A DNA stretch of 36,643 nucleotides, from positions 7,535,241 through 7,571,883 of the forward strand of contig NC_068997.1 in assembly GCF_001194135.2 (NCBI RefSeq), given 5' to 3'. Each line of letters opens with the position of its first letter. The stretch's first letter is position 1. The translations under genes were made by a program, and so were the position numbers. The notes beneath the pieces are model-generated. The model had not been told where the DNA came from. It saw only the letters and a program-made list of their open reading frames with translations, and searched no databases. Below are positions 12,310-24,624 of this stretch, in pieces. The stretch comes from Octopus bimaculoides. Its lineage: Eukaryota.

Positions 12310-12840
12310 GGGGATACTAGCAATGTGACCAGTATAAAAACGATATCAAAAGAACACGCACATAACTAAATTTAGTTATAGATATTACTAAGAGAAGGAC
12401 GCAGCTATTGGTGTTGCCGGAGTCGTGGCCAACCCTTTCATATGTGTGGTAAGAAACCCAAACTTTCATTATGTTGATGACATAAACATTGAAATTAAAA
12501 CAACCCAAGATGACACTCAAGGAATGGTAAACATTAATATAGAAAATATTAAACACATCTGAAACTCTGTTCAACAAAGCATCAAGGTGACCATCAACTA
12601 CCCATTCAAAATCCCCCAGCAAAAGAGTACCAGTTGTAGACAAGGAAATATCGCTAGAAATTATAAATGGTAAGAAAAAATGTAGTTGTATTATGTGAAA
12701 CCTATGGCCGCAAAGCACATGATGTCCAAGAGCTGTGCTATACCAACAAATGCAAAAAATATTGTTTAAAACATTTTGTCTATCAAAAATGTTTGTGTTT
12801 ATTTCATATTGCTCATGCTTCATAATAAGGTTAATCATCG
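12310..12840 (+). mobile_element. Second Penelope-like RT remnant (different lineage from 1698-3060)
   Basis: Frame reads AAIGVAGVVANPFICV...HYVDDINI (YVDD 12470-12481), then across frameshifts SIKVTINYP, KRVPVVDKEI and YVKPMAAKHMMSKSCAIPTNAK, resembling the PLE RT-to-thumb region. Confidence 0.65.
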
Positions 12841-14404
12841 TAGATCAGAATCAATTTTGTAAATAGGCACTAAGGTATATATCTGTGCCAACTTATCGAA
12901 CCATTCCGGGAGATAGAAATCACCTTTTATTCTTTAATGTTCTGAATAATTAGATGGTTCTTCAACATTTTCTTGTATGGCCATTCTTTGTCAAGTAAGT
13001 GCAAACACCCGCTAACTTTTATCATGAATTTACGATTTTTTTTCTGTTTTCTTGAAGTTTCATCTCTAAATTCTCTGACATTTAGGAACCAACACTTCCA
13101 TTTCAGTAGAAGAATGGTGCTATTCAGAGAAATGTTGTTGCCCAAAGTACTGAAGAATTATTATTTTTTTTCCAGTTACAAAATCCTTTTTATTAAAAAC
13201 GCGTTTTCTCTATCTTTAACACGCTACAGTTCTGAATTTTTGTTCTATTTTGCATAGAAATTAAAGACAATAAACAAAGCATTAGATTTGGTCATAAGAA
13301 TGAATTCAAAAGCAGTGAAGTAAATTGATTGAAGAGAACGCTTTTATTTCAACAGTCGATAAAGAAGAACCATTAAGAATAATTAACTTCGTTTGTAGTT
13401 TGCTATTGTTGGGTTTGGAACACAAGATATTTTCCCAGAGGAAATTCGGGATGTTATTATATTAACCCGAAAACTTAAAAATTTTAACCCTTTCAAATTT
13501 ATAGCTTCATAAATTAACTTTTAAAACACAAAATAATCTTTCTAATGTCCTCCCATTGAATCTGAGTCGAGTGTGTCTGTACAACTTTTATTTTTATTAT
13601 GTATCATAAATTATTATGGTCTATTTTGACTTATTATGATATTTTCTAAACGCAAAAACAAACGTTATCTTAACTGCATTACACATTTTATTTCCCCGAC
13701 CCCAAAGTTTTGTAGGTTTTTATCTGAGGCCGCAATATTCAAAATGGGCGCTATTGTAATCTATTCCAGCTTGCTCTGACGACCACTTCGTGCATTATGG
13801 GAACATAATATCTTAAAGAGATTCTCTTACAAATGGCAAAAGCTAATGTCTTCAGTTTTGGTTTTGCATAGCCTATAATTATTTTCGGTCGCTGCTTTCT
13901 GTTTCTTATGTAGGAGCATTCAGTTCGTGCGTGTATGTGAGTAAGTATGTGGATGTAAGTAGTGTATGCGTGTGTGCATATTGCAATATGAAGTACATTA
14001 GACAAGGAGAGAGAGAGTCCATTACAAAGTAAATAAAAACATTATCAATACAACACTACTTAAGTATGTGTGTTGTTTAAACGCCAGAAACTACAGTTTT
14101 CGTCCGGGAAACAACCCTTTACAGACGTATAGTCTTAAAAAGAATACAAAATACTTTAGATTTCNNNNNNNNNNNNNNNNNNNNNNNNNNNNNNNNNNNN
14201 NNNNNNNNNNNNNNNNNNNNNNNNNNNNNNNNNNNNNNNNNNNNNNNNNNNNNNNNNNNNNNNNNNNNNNNNNNNNNNNNNNNNNNNNNNNNNNNNNNNN
14301 NNNNNNNNNNNNNNNNNNNNNNNNNNNNNNNNNNNNNNNNNNNNNNNNNNNNNNNNNNNNNNNNNNNNNNNNNNNNNNNNNNNNNNNNTATATAAGTGAG
14401 TGTG

Positions 14405-14736
14405 TGTGGAGTAGACATGCGCGGAAAGTTGTTGCTATAGCAACCGGTTGGCTTCCTGTAACTCTCTTCTGTTGTTGATAGTTGGTTTCCTTTGGAGTAC
14501 AAGGATGGCCTCGGAGATTCTAAGGCTGCTCCTGTTGTGCTGCGTTGCCTTACGAATATGCCACACCCGGGAATTCACAGTGTACATCAGGGCAACACAG
14601 CGCAATAGGGGCAACCTTAGAATTTCCGAGTCCATCCTTTTACACCGAAGGTAACCTACAATGAACAACAAGAAGAGAGTTACAGGAAGCTAGCTGGTTG
14701 CTATAGCAACAACTTTCCGCGCATGTCTACTCCACA
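14405..14736. mobile_element. Fold-back / MITE-like element, 145-146-bp inverted arms around a 41-nt spacer
   Basis: Left arm 14405-14549 vs reverse complement of 14591-14736: first 41 bp identical, 17 substitutions and 1 indel in total (~88%). It sits in TG/CA/TA microsatellite with no clear TSD. Confidence 0.85.
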
Positions 14737-14762
14737 TATATTCACACACACGCACATCTGCA

Positions 14763-14813
14763 GCATTCGTTAATTTCCTGAGGATGGGTTTATAAGCCCG
14801 AAATATTGAATGC
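14763..14813 (+). ncRNA. Minimal type I hammerhead motif (HHR-3)
   Basis: UUC-CUGAGGA-U-[GGGUU uaua AGCCC]-GAAA-UA-UU-GAAUGC (core 14778-14807). Ultrashort palindromic stem III (AAUAUU). Stem I is only UUC/GAA, or GCAUUC/GAAUGC across a 9-nt bulge. Confidence 0.55.
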
Positions 14814-14952
14814 AAGGTAAGTCTTAAATTCATAAATTTAAGACTTACTTAATTCATAAATTTGTTTTCTTGTGATTTACCTTGCATTTACTTGGCGTTG
14901 TTCTGGCCTTATCCACGATCCTTTATACAATATATATATTTACATATATAAG

Positions 14953-14995
<43 letters not shown>

Positions 14996-15627
14996 ACATG
15001 TATGCACATATATAGACATATGTATATATGCACACATACACACATAGATACACAACGCATACATCATATATATATATATTTGCACATGTACATACACACA
15101 TTCGTATATACACATACGTGTGTGTGCGTACACACACAGGGGATACCCATGTTACGTAACACATTGACAAAGTATTATGCAATTTTAATAGGTCGAGAAA
15201 TTGAAGCAAACATAAAATAGCCATCTCCTCCCCCATGAAACGACTTCCCACGCCATCTCATAACAGCGGTTACCTAGAACATCTAAGAAGATTTATTGGT
15301 AGAAATATCGATTGTACAGCTTACATATACATATAAAATAATAATACATCAAGATCGATGCATCTAAAAATGAGTAGTTGGATCCTCGGAATATTTCAGG
15401 CAGATTATAGGAATATTATAATCCTCTTGTACTTTACAATTGAAGGAAATTATCCGAAATGGTGTTGCTTCCTTTTGATCTCTTTACATCAATGATGCTA
15501 TAATATATGTTAATGCCCGCCAGGAATCAACTACAACAAAATGAGAATAAATAAACAGGAGCAAAAACAATAAACTTGATTTGAATTACTAAATCTTTCT
15601 CGTAATGGGCGAAAACGTTTTTATCTT

Positions 15628-15760
15628 GGCAAAGAGCGCAGCGGTTTGGCAGAATCGTGAGGAGAAAATTCTCTGTAGTAGTTTTTTTTTATCATTAAAC
15701 TACTTTATGATCTGATTTTCGAATCCTTTCGAAGTTAACTTTGTCCTCCAACCTTCCGTA
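15628..15760 (+). mobile_element. Highly degenerate copy of the AAT-associated tRNA-SINE family
   Basis: GGCAGAATCGT head and TTCGAATCC...CGAAGTTAACTTTGTCCTCCAACCTTCCG resemble the 16526 and 27644 copies. Confidence 0.45.
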
Positions 15761-16261
15761 ATTGTTAAAATAAAGTAAAAAAACAAAAACAAAACACTAA
15801 TCAAAAGCTGGAGCCAAAATTAATTGGTAGTATGCTTTACATACAATGCATTGCTGAGTACCAATTCTATTTTCAGCACATAAAGATCATGTATCACAGA
15901 AAAGGTTATCAACCAATGATATTTAAATTCATCAAAGACAAAAAAAGTAAAGACACCAAACCTAGGATCTCTCGTCATTCGATCTCTTGCAAAGTTAAAA
16001 AGAAATCAATAACAAAACAAATTGCTCATTTACACCGTTTGACGATCATGTGACTGCGACGAAAAACGAAAACATAAATCAATTACATATGAATCCAATC
16101 GGGGATCAATATCTTTCGCAACACGGAACATAATTGTCTCTAAACTGGTCTGTGTTTCCTTCAAGGAATATTTACTCGAACGATCATTTACCGATATTAA
16201 TTGATGATAAATTAGCCATGCTCTGCCTTGAAATCTACCTGGAGATAACTAAAATACTATG

Positions 16262-16315
16262 CAGTAATACCTCACTTTATGAGGGCCCGCTTTACGAGAC
16301 CCCGGATTACGAGTT
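16262..16315. mobile_element. Tigger/pogo-type terminal fragment with three subterminal motifs
   Basis: CAGTAATACCTC start, followed by TTTATGAG / TTTACGAG / ATTACGAG at exact 15-bp spacing (16276, 16291, 16306). No partner TIR was found. Confidence 0.4.
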
Positions 16316-16525
16316 TTATTTTATAATAAATATAAAAAGTTAAAGGAATTTTGAACGAAGTGCAAGAGTTTCTACTACTTGTAGCAAATGTTTCTGTGTT
16401 ACCGAGAAATTTATAGAGAGCGAAAAATACACTTTAATAAAGAAATAAAGTTTCAGCAAAATTAAAAATATCAAACATAATAAATGTGAATGCAGTGTGT
16501 CAGTGTGTCACACTTTTCAACTTTA

Positions 16526-16738
16526 ATAATTCCTTTCTACTGGAAGCACAAGGCCTCAAATTTTTGGGGAAGGGATTAAGTTGATTACATCGACTCCAGT
16601 ACATAATTGGTACTAATTTTATCGAACCCGAAAGGATGAAAGGCAAAATCAATATTTGAACTCAAAACGCAAAGACAGATGGAATACCGCTAAGCATTTC
16701 ACCCGGCGTGCTAACTTTTCTGCCAGCTCGAGGCCTTA
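16526..16738 (-). mobile_element. tRNA-derived SINE flanked by a ~43-bp direct repeat
   Basis: Minus strand head AAGGCCTCGAGCTGGCAGAAAAGTTAGCACGCCGGG (A-box-like) and GAGTTCAAAT (B-box). Colinear with the copies at 27644 and 27863. Flanking repeats lie at 16477-16525 and 16756-16798. Confidence 0.85.
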
Positions 16739-17115
16739 TAATAATATACTATAATATAATAAATGTGAATGTCAGTGTGTCACACTTTTTCAACTTTACT
16801 CCTAGAGACCGTAGCCCAACATATCATACCATTTTGGAATCAGGGNNNNNNNNNNNNNNNNNNNNNNNNNNNNNNNNNNNNNNNNNNNNNNNNNNNNNNN
16901 NNNNNNNNNNNNNNNNNNNNNNNNNNNNNNNNNNNNNNNNNNNNNNNNNNNNNNNNNNNNNNNNNNNNNNNNNNNNNNNNNNNNNNNNNNNNNNNNNNNN
17001 NNNNNNNNNNNNNNNNNNNNNNNNNNNNNNNNNNNNNNNNNNNNNNNNNNNNNNNNNNNNNNNNNNNNNNNNNNNNNNNNNNNNNNNNNNNNNNNNNNNN
17101 NNNNNNNNNNNNNNN

Positions 17116-17173
<58 letters not shown>

Positions 17174-17673
17174 CATTTATGTATGTGTGTATGTATATAT
17201 GTATGTATGTGCATCTATTTATAAACGTTTGTGTATTTATACATACATAAATATCAACATTATGTAGTTCGATCGAGAGAGAGAGAGAGATGACCCTGTT
17301 TGTGATTACTATACATCAAACAACAATAGCTGTAACCGTGTCCTTCTCAAGCAACCGGCCTTTCTAATGAGAAAGGAAAGGTTTTCTTTCAGTAGAGAAG
17401 TCCATGTAAGAAATGTTGTTCTTAATACATGCACGGACAGGCGTGTGACGATACAATTATATACCTCGTATAACGTGTACTTGCATGAAACATGTTTAAG
17501 AGGTTCTCTACATTTAAAAGTACCAAAAAAGGATGGAGTGAGACTTTGTGGGTAAATGTTTGTAAACGGAGCGATCTGAAAACAAACGACATGCAAAAAT
17601 ATAGCGGGGAAACGAAAAGGAAAACAATATGATAACAGATATACACGTGCACATGCACATATTTGATATTTAT

Positions 17674-17705
<32 letters not shown>

Positions 17706-18248
17706 TCTATACAAACAAGCACGCAACACACATGCAAATACATGTATATATGTATGAACGTATGAATGTACGTAAGTATGTATGTATGTATGTATGTATG
17801 TATGAACGTACGTATGTATGAACGTATGTGTGTATATACGTATATATGCATGCATGTATGTATGTATATATCTATATGTATGTATGTGGAAAGAAAGAGT
17901 GGAATATATGTTTATTTTTAGTTTTTGTATTTGGCTTTCAGAGTTCTTATAAACGTGTTTGTTGAAATAGATTTAATGATATCGTGGGAGGGTCATTATG
18001 CCAGAAATAGACACATGCACTGGTTCTATTCCCTTCTTTTATTCTTGTTAATCAATTAGTTAAGCGTTTAACCAGTTGACATAACGATTGTTTGATTGAT
18101 CATCCGTCAAACAATCAACCAACCAGGTTCATCAGAGTCCTTTCGTTGCCATTCGCGACATCATCAATGACATGCTCTACTTAATCCAAGATTAACTGCC
18201 TCCTAGCTTACAGTTTCTATACTCATATTTATGAGGATGTGAGTGAGG

Positions 18249-18291
<43 letters not shown>

Positions 18292-20683
18292 TTTGTGAAT
18301 AATAGATTGGATAGTTACGATTGGTCGTGTTCACCACATGCTGATGGATTGATGGATGACAGTTGACTGATGATAAATCGAACATGGCTCCTTGTGATTT
18401 CACTCTGCGTATACTTACCCTTCCGTTTGTATCCAAATCTAGACACATGTGTCATACAATTATTGTGATAGTCGCTGCCTGAGATGTGAGATTGTACTAA
18501 GTTTATAAACCTACTAGATGAAGGCTGATCAAGAAAAACGAATCAACCTAAAGTTAACCTGATGTGGAACTGAGTATTTAGTATTGGAGAGGAGAAGGAG
18601 AGATTAAGAGGAAAAGAAAGTTGTATTTCGGTGAAGAGTAAAAAGAAATCGTTTGGATGAAACTATACTAAAACCTATATCAAGGGAAAGCTTCACATAG
18701 TAAAGATCACAGAGGGTCGAAAACGTAAATGGAAATCAAGAAAAACCACATCATGCCTGAAGATTCAGCTAAAGTTTAACGCAATACCATTGTCTTCTAT
18801 CCAAAGAACTGACTGCAAATAATTGTCACACAATGACTGTGGAAAATGTAAACAGAGAAAGATTAAAGTACATTCTCTCAAGTTGCATAGAAATATGAAT
18901 AAATCAACAGACACGACACAGTTGATAAATATTTGTATTGGAAACTGCTAATATTGACAGAAAACTTAGTACAATCTCACATCTCAGGCAGCAACTATCA
19001 CAATAATTGCATGATACATGTATCTAGATTTGGATATAAACGAAAGGATAGGTATACGTAGGGTTCAATCACGAGGACCCATGTTCGATTTGTCTGTGTG
19101 GAATCTGGACTTATGTTTAAGAAATTAAAGTTGGCGGCTGCCATCTGTGGTTTCCTAAACCCCATAACTTGACAGATCCCGGCCCAGATTAATTTTGAGA
19201 TGATAAGAGTAGTATCAACTGTAATGGTGTACCCAGTACCCTGTTGAGTATCGCTTTGCTGCCAGTCCACCCGTTAGTACTGCAGCACAGGGGTCAAAAT
19301 CAAGATTGCATAATTGCACTTGCTGTTGTTCTGTGGCTATCACTGGCGAGACACTTCAGCCTTTCTGCCAACTACAGATACGGGTGCTTCTTCTGCCCAC
19401 CCCGTACAAAGACTAGGCTTCTTTAAAGATGATGCCACCCCACAATGCCTCATCACAAGCTCAACGCTGGGGTTGAGAGTTTTCGTGAATTAGCAATGTT
19501 ACCTGTTGAGTCCTCTCTCTTCAGTATATCCGTTGTCGTTGGTCCACGATTACTTATTTGCTTAAGAGCTATTTGCTGCTATCTGCCATATATGTCGGCC
19601 ACTCCACTATCCACCGTACGAAAATGTGTCCCTTTCCGGTCAGCACCGATTCCCGTAGAGAAATGCGCTTGGGACAGTAATGTGATGATAATGATGATGA
19701 CGATGATGACGATCATTAGCATCTCCCATCAAACCCCGCTGTCTTAAAAACGAGGTAAGACATTGAATGTCTCAGAAAATGGCACAATTACAACAGAAGC
19801 ACCTTCGATCAGAATTCGGTCATTCAGTGCCGATTTGGGGCTAAACAACAACAACGTTAACGCTAATGTTACCGAAGATGTTTGGAATAACCTGTACCAT
19901 ATTCCCTGGATAACGGCTGTTAATTCTCATCCGGAACATTTTCAAGAATAAAGACATTTTTAAAAATACTAAAATATAAAATTAAGAAATTGCTGTTAGC
20001 AAGAGTAAAGAAAGGACACTGAAATTCACAAGAGAATTTAAAATGCAAACTTAAAACTCATGGCTGTTCTGATCGTATAAGTAACAATGAACGCATACCA
20101 AATAGCATGGCGCTGAATATTGACAGAATCATTCATCTCTGTGCCAAATGTGGGTGGAATCTTTGCCTGCAGATATTGGTCTCGGTCTGCGTCGGTAACA
20201 AGGAATCTTCATAAAGAGAAAGTTCACGAAACGTTAGATTTTTCATTGTTCACGGCAATGAAGCTGTCGATATCTTTTTGCAATTCTTCCGTGGAAATCT
20301 GCGAATGGCTGATTTGCAAGTCAGTTCTAACGACGTGAGTTATAGATCTTTCATTTCACTTACCTAATGTAACGAATGTCCTTGGGCGAATACTTGTATG
20401 ACACAACCTCTTAATTCGCTTAATACAATTACTCTATGGCCTCGAGTTTAAGCAAACAAAAATTTTAGTAATTAATGTTTATAATTTATTCATTACCAAG
20501 TAAAATGTTGTTATTAGCTTTGTGTCAGCTATAATCCTCCTGGTTCTTCTTATAAATTGTTTATAAACATACTCCATAACAATTTAGGTTGTAAGAAACC
20601 CAAATGGAGAGTACATCTTTATTTGGTGCTTCAATGGGAGGTAAGCATGACAGAATGCAGCCTTTGTGCATGTTTATATATGT

Positions 20684-20737
<54 letters not shown>

Positions 20738-21777
20738 NNNNNNNNNNNNNNNNNNNNNNNNNNNNNNNNNNNNNNNNNNNNNNNNNNNNNNNNNNNNNNN
20801 NNNNNNNNNNNNNNNNNNNNNNNNNNNNNNNNNNNNNNNNNNNNNNNNNNNNNNNNNNNNNNNNNNNNNNNNNNNNNNNNNNNNNNNNNNNNNNNNNNNN
20901 NNNNNNNNNNNNNNNNNNNNNNNNNNNNNNNNNNNNNNNNNNNNNNNNNNNNNNNNNNNNNNNNNNNNNNNNNNNNNNNNNNNNNNNNNNNNNNNNNNNN
21001 NNNNNNNNNNNNNNNNNNNNNNNNNNNNNNNNNNNNNNNNNNNNNNNNNNNNNNNNNNNNNNNNNNNNNNNNNNNNNNNNNNNNNNNNNNNNNNNNNNNN
21101 NNNNNNNNNNNNNNNNNNNNNNNNNNNNNNACACACACACACACATGTACATATGTATGTATCTCTGTATAATTCAGCAACGTTGTTGCTCAAATCAAAT
21201 GACTGAAGTGATCATTAGTTCTTTTGATTGTATTTATTTGTAGAGTGAAATGAAAGCCAAGATTTATAGCCGGACTAGCAACAGTAGCCGGCCTTGTCCG
21301 GGCTAATTAATGCCTAAAATAAACACAAATTGTTTTAAAAGATGCTAACAATGTTTAGTTGGTCTGGGATTGCTGATTCACTGACAATTGTTGCATGCAG
21401 ACAATTCTTTGAATGAATCAACGCCAGCTTCATAAAAAACAAACAAACTGCGGTATAAACTAAAATTTTATTCTTATATGTTTATTTTCCAAAACTGCTC
21501 AAATTCATGGGCGGTGGGGGTGGGAGTTGAGGTATAGTATTCTTATTCATTTTCTCCAAAAAGAGGAAATGTGAGTGAAATGTCACATGACCTTGGTATT
21601 TTCCTAAACAAACAATTGCTCCTTTACAAATTTCATAACCCTTGTTGCACCTTGGGACATAGATACTGTTTTATATATTACAATATTGAAGAGTAGAGTC
21701 ACTGATGACAAGCTTGAGGAGGTGGTGGTCAGATCAAGATGAGATATTTTGCATTCTATTACTAAATCATGGTTAGA

Positions 21778-22410
21778 CTCCAAGGATCAGCTGAAAAGTT
21801 CATAGGATGATCAAACGACTCTCATAAAAGGAGACTGGATGAGGTTTACTTTTCAACAAAGTCCGCATTGCGGTCCACACACGTTTCCTATCAGTGTTTC
21901 AGTGCTTGGATCCTATTGGTGATTGCTCATCATGTTGGTCAATAAGTCATCAACAGCCGGTATGACGTCATCGTCACTGCGTTACGGGTTCCCAGCCAAA
22001 CGTTTATTTATGCTGGGAACAGATGGTAGTCAGACGGGGCCAAATCAGGGGAATATGGAGGGTGATCAACCAGCTCAAAGCCACAGTTACACACAGCGAC
22101 CATTAATACAAAGGACTTGTATGCAGGTGAATTGTCCTGAAGGAACAAGACCCTTTTGTCAGTTTTCTTGACCGTTTAGTTTCTTCATAAACTTTTGCAA
22201 TTGCCTCCGCTAAATTGCACAGTACTCTCCATTGATGGCGTGGCCTTTTGGAAGGTAGTCAATAAACACAATGCCTTTTGCATCCTAGAAAACTGAGGCC
22301 ACCACCTTCCCTCCAGATGAAACGACCTTGGCCTTCTTTGGAGCAGATGAGCAAGGGTGTCTTTTTGTCTCTGGTTCAAAGTGTTGACCGCAACACTCAG
22401 CCTGGCTGGT
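21778..22410 (-). mobile_element. Mariner (DD34D) remnant, 5'-truncated, with 3' TIR
   Basis: Minus strand reads DAKGIVFIDYLPKGHAINGEY, QDNSPAYKS...CGFELVDHPPYS(fs)DLAPSDYHLFP. Spacing is 34 residues between QD and PSD after correcting a 1-bp frameshift. TIR-like CTCCAAGGATCAGCTGAAAAGTTCATAGG at 21778-21806. Confidence 0.9.
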
Positions 22411-22772
22411 GCGCTCCTGATCCGGTTTCTTCTTGATCCGGTTTCTGTCACCATTTGTAGACATAGGATTTGAATTCCCTTAAATATTAACATAATTTAC
22501 AAAAAAAAAAAAAAAAGAAAAAGAAAAGAAAGCAATCTTGCAAAGTTCTACATGTCCATCCTTAGTTCAACTGTCTTATTTCTGCCTCGGTAAGAAACCT
22601 TTGTTACATTCAATAATGATAAACAGAAAGCAGCAATTGTAGATTGCTTCCCCCAATGCCTTGCATGGTTGTTACGTTTCTTTATCTTCTCAGTTTTAGT
22701 TTTGTAGAGAATAACTCTTTTTATTCCTCTTCTGTAGGTGAGAGAATTAATTCCTCTGGAATTAACTCAGTC

Positions 22773-22950
22773 AAGGCAGTGAATTGACAGTTTGGTTAGA
22801 GTATCGGACTAAATATCTTGCAACATTTAATCCGGTTTCTTGCATTTTGAATCCAAGCTTTGACGATACCAACTTTGCCTTTTATCATTTTGGAGTCAAT
22901 GAATAAAGCACCAGTCTAGTAATGATGTACCAGCGGAATCATTAGAGCCA
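22773..22950 (+). mobile_element. Degenerate copy of the AAT-associated tRNA-SINE family
   Basis: AAGGCAGTGAATTGACAG head and ACCAACTTTGCCTTTATCATTTTGGAGTCAATGAATAAAGCACCAG body are colinear with the reverse complement of 27644-27847. Confidence 0.65.
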
Positions 22951-24624
22951 ATGGATGCATTACTTTGCAGAATGTGTATCTTCTATTCTGCATTCTCGTT
23001 TCAAATCCTGCCTTGACTTCTTTGAACTGTAGACTTAATGCATTTTCCCTGTTTAACACCATATAACTTAACCTTGGCAGCCTTTAGTGAAGTCTACACT
23101 TTTGCAAGCATTTGGGTGAGGTGTCGTGCTAGAGAATATCCCCTTTCTTTCCTCCTATCAGCTGGCAGGCCCTGGAAGGTTCTTAAACAAGCCCTTCCTC
23201 CTGACTCAGCAATAAAAAGACAGATCGACAATACCTATTCCTTACGAATGTGGAACCAAGGTGACGTTTTCCGATATATTCCTTTTCTTTCTAAGTTCTT
23301 GCACGATTTCACTTGAGGTTTCCTACTCAACCGAAAACCAAATCGATACTGCTCTATTAAATTGAAAAACAAAATGCCCACTGGACTGTCTGATTTCTAA
23401 ACATTAGATGAATTAGATGTAACCAATAAGATTATAATGGAGCGTAAAACTTATCGATTTAAATATAAACTATAAATCTACTTTGCTGTTATTCAGCGTT
23501 AAGCAACATTTCTCCACTCGAACGTATGAATTTTAATCTCGAGAGACTGTTGCACCAGTAGTCACACCAGGGCCTCTTAATCGGTCTAGATTTAGTTTCA
23601 TCTGCGTGGGTGACTCATAAAAATCACACTAGATGATTTAAATATATATATATNNNNNNNNNNNNNNNNNNNNNNNNNNNNNNNNNNNNNNNNNNNNNNN
23701 NNNNNNNNNNNNNNNNNNNNNNNNNNNNNNNNNNNNNNNNNNNNNNNNNNNNNNNNNNNNNNNNNNNNNNNNNNNNNNNNNNNNNNNNNNNNNNNNNNNN
23801 NNNNNNNNNNNNNNNNNNNNNNNNNNNCCCCCCCTCACCCAACCCACCAGAAATCCCAGTCTACGTAAAAGGTTGGATGACAAATCTTCGAAGAATTTCA
23901 CCGATAGTGTAAACCAAGTCAATTAACCTCCAACAGGTTCAGCTAATGCCCGTGAGGTGGAGTACTATTGCATACAAGTAGTTCGCAGAACTAAAGGAGA
24001 GGTCTGGATGCTAGAAAAATAAGCGGTACCAGACAAAATGTTCTGAAAAGGAATTGGCAGAATTCCTACCAAAATCTGTGTCTCCCTCGGACATCCGATA
24101 TCTCGTTGTCTGCTTAGATTTTCTGTACACCAGGTGAAAACACAAAAATTTTAAGTTTTTGAAAGAGTGTTTGAGTTAGAAAGTCATAGTCTAGACTTCT
24201 CTAATGATACAGCTATCATTTAATTAGCAACTTCGTTAATTATACGCATATAACTTTTAGTCTCTAGAAACTATCACGTGGGCCAGAAGTTCTTATTCTT
24301 AGTTCTTGATGTATTTATTATAGCCATCTCAATCTTTGTATCTGTATATCTATAAGTATGTATATATGTATGTAAGTACATACATACATACATATACATA
24401 CATACATATACATGCATACATACATAAATACATATACACACACACGCGCGCACACACACACTCACATTCAAGCGTTACGTCTATTTGAAAGTTAAACATA
24501 TGGTTATAGCATCATATCAGACGTACGACCTGTCCATTACATTGCAGTCATTGATATTTGCATCGACTTGTTTTGATTTGTATCTTGGGGGGATCCTTTC
24601 ACTTGCGTGTATATTAACATGCAA

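Noticed and set aside
20050-20340. Protein-like minus frame (ISTEELQKDIDSFIAVNNEKS...DADRDQYLQ)
   Set aside because: Two internal stops, no recognisable family and no convincing splice sites.
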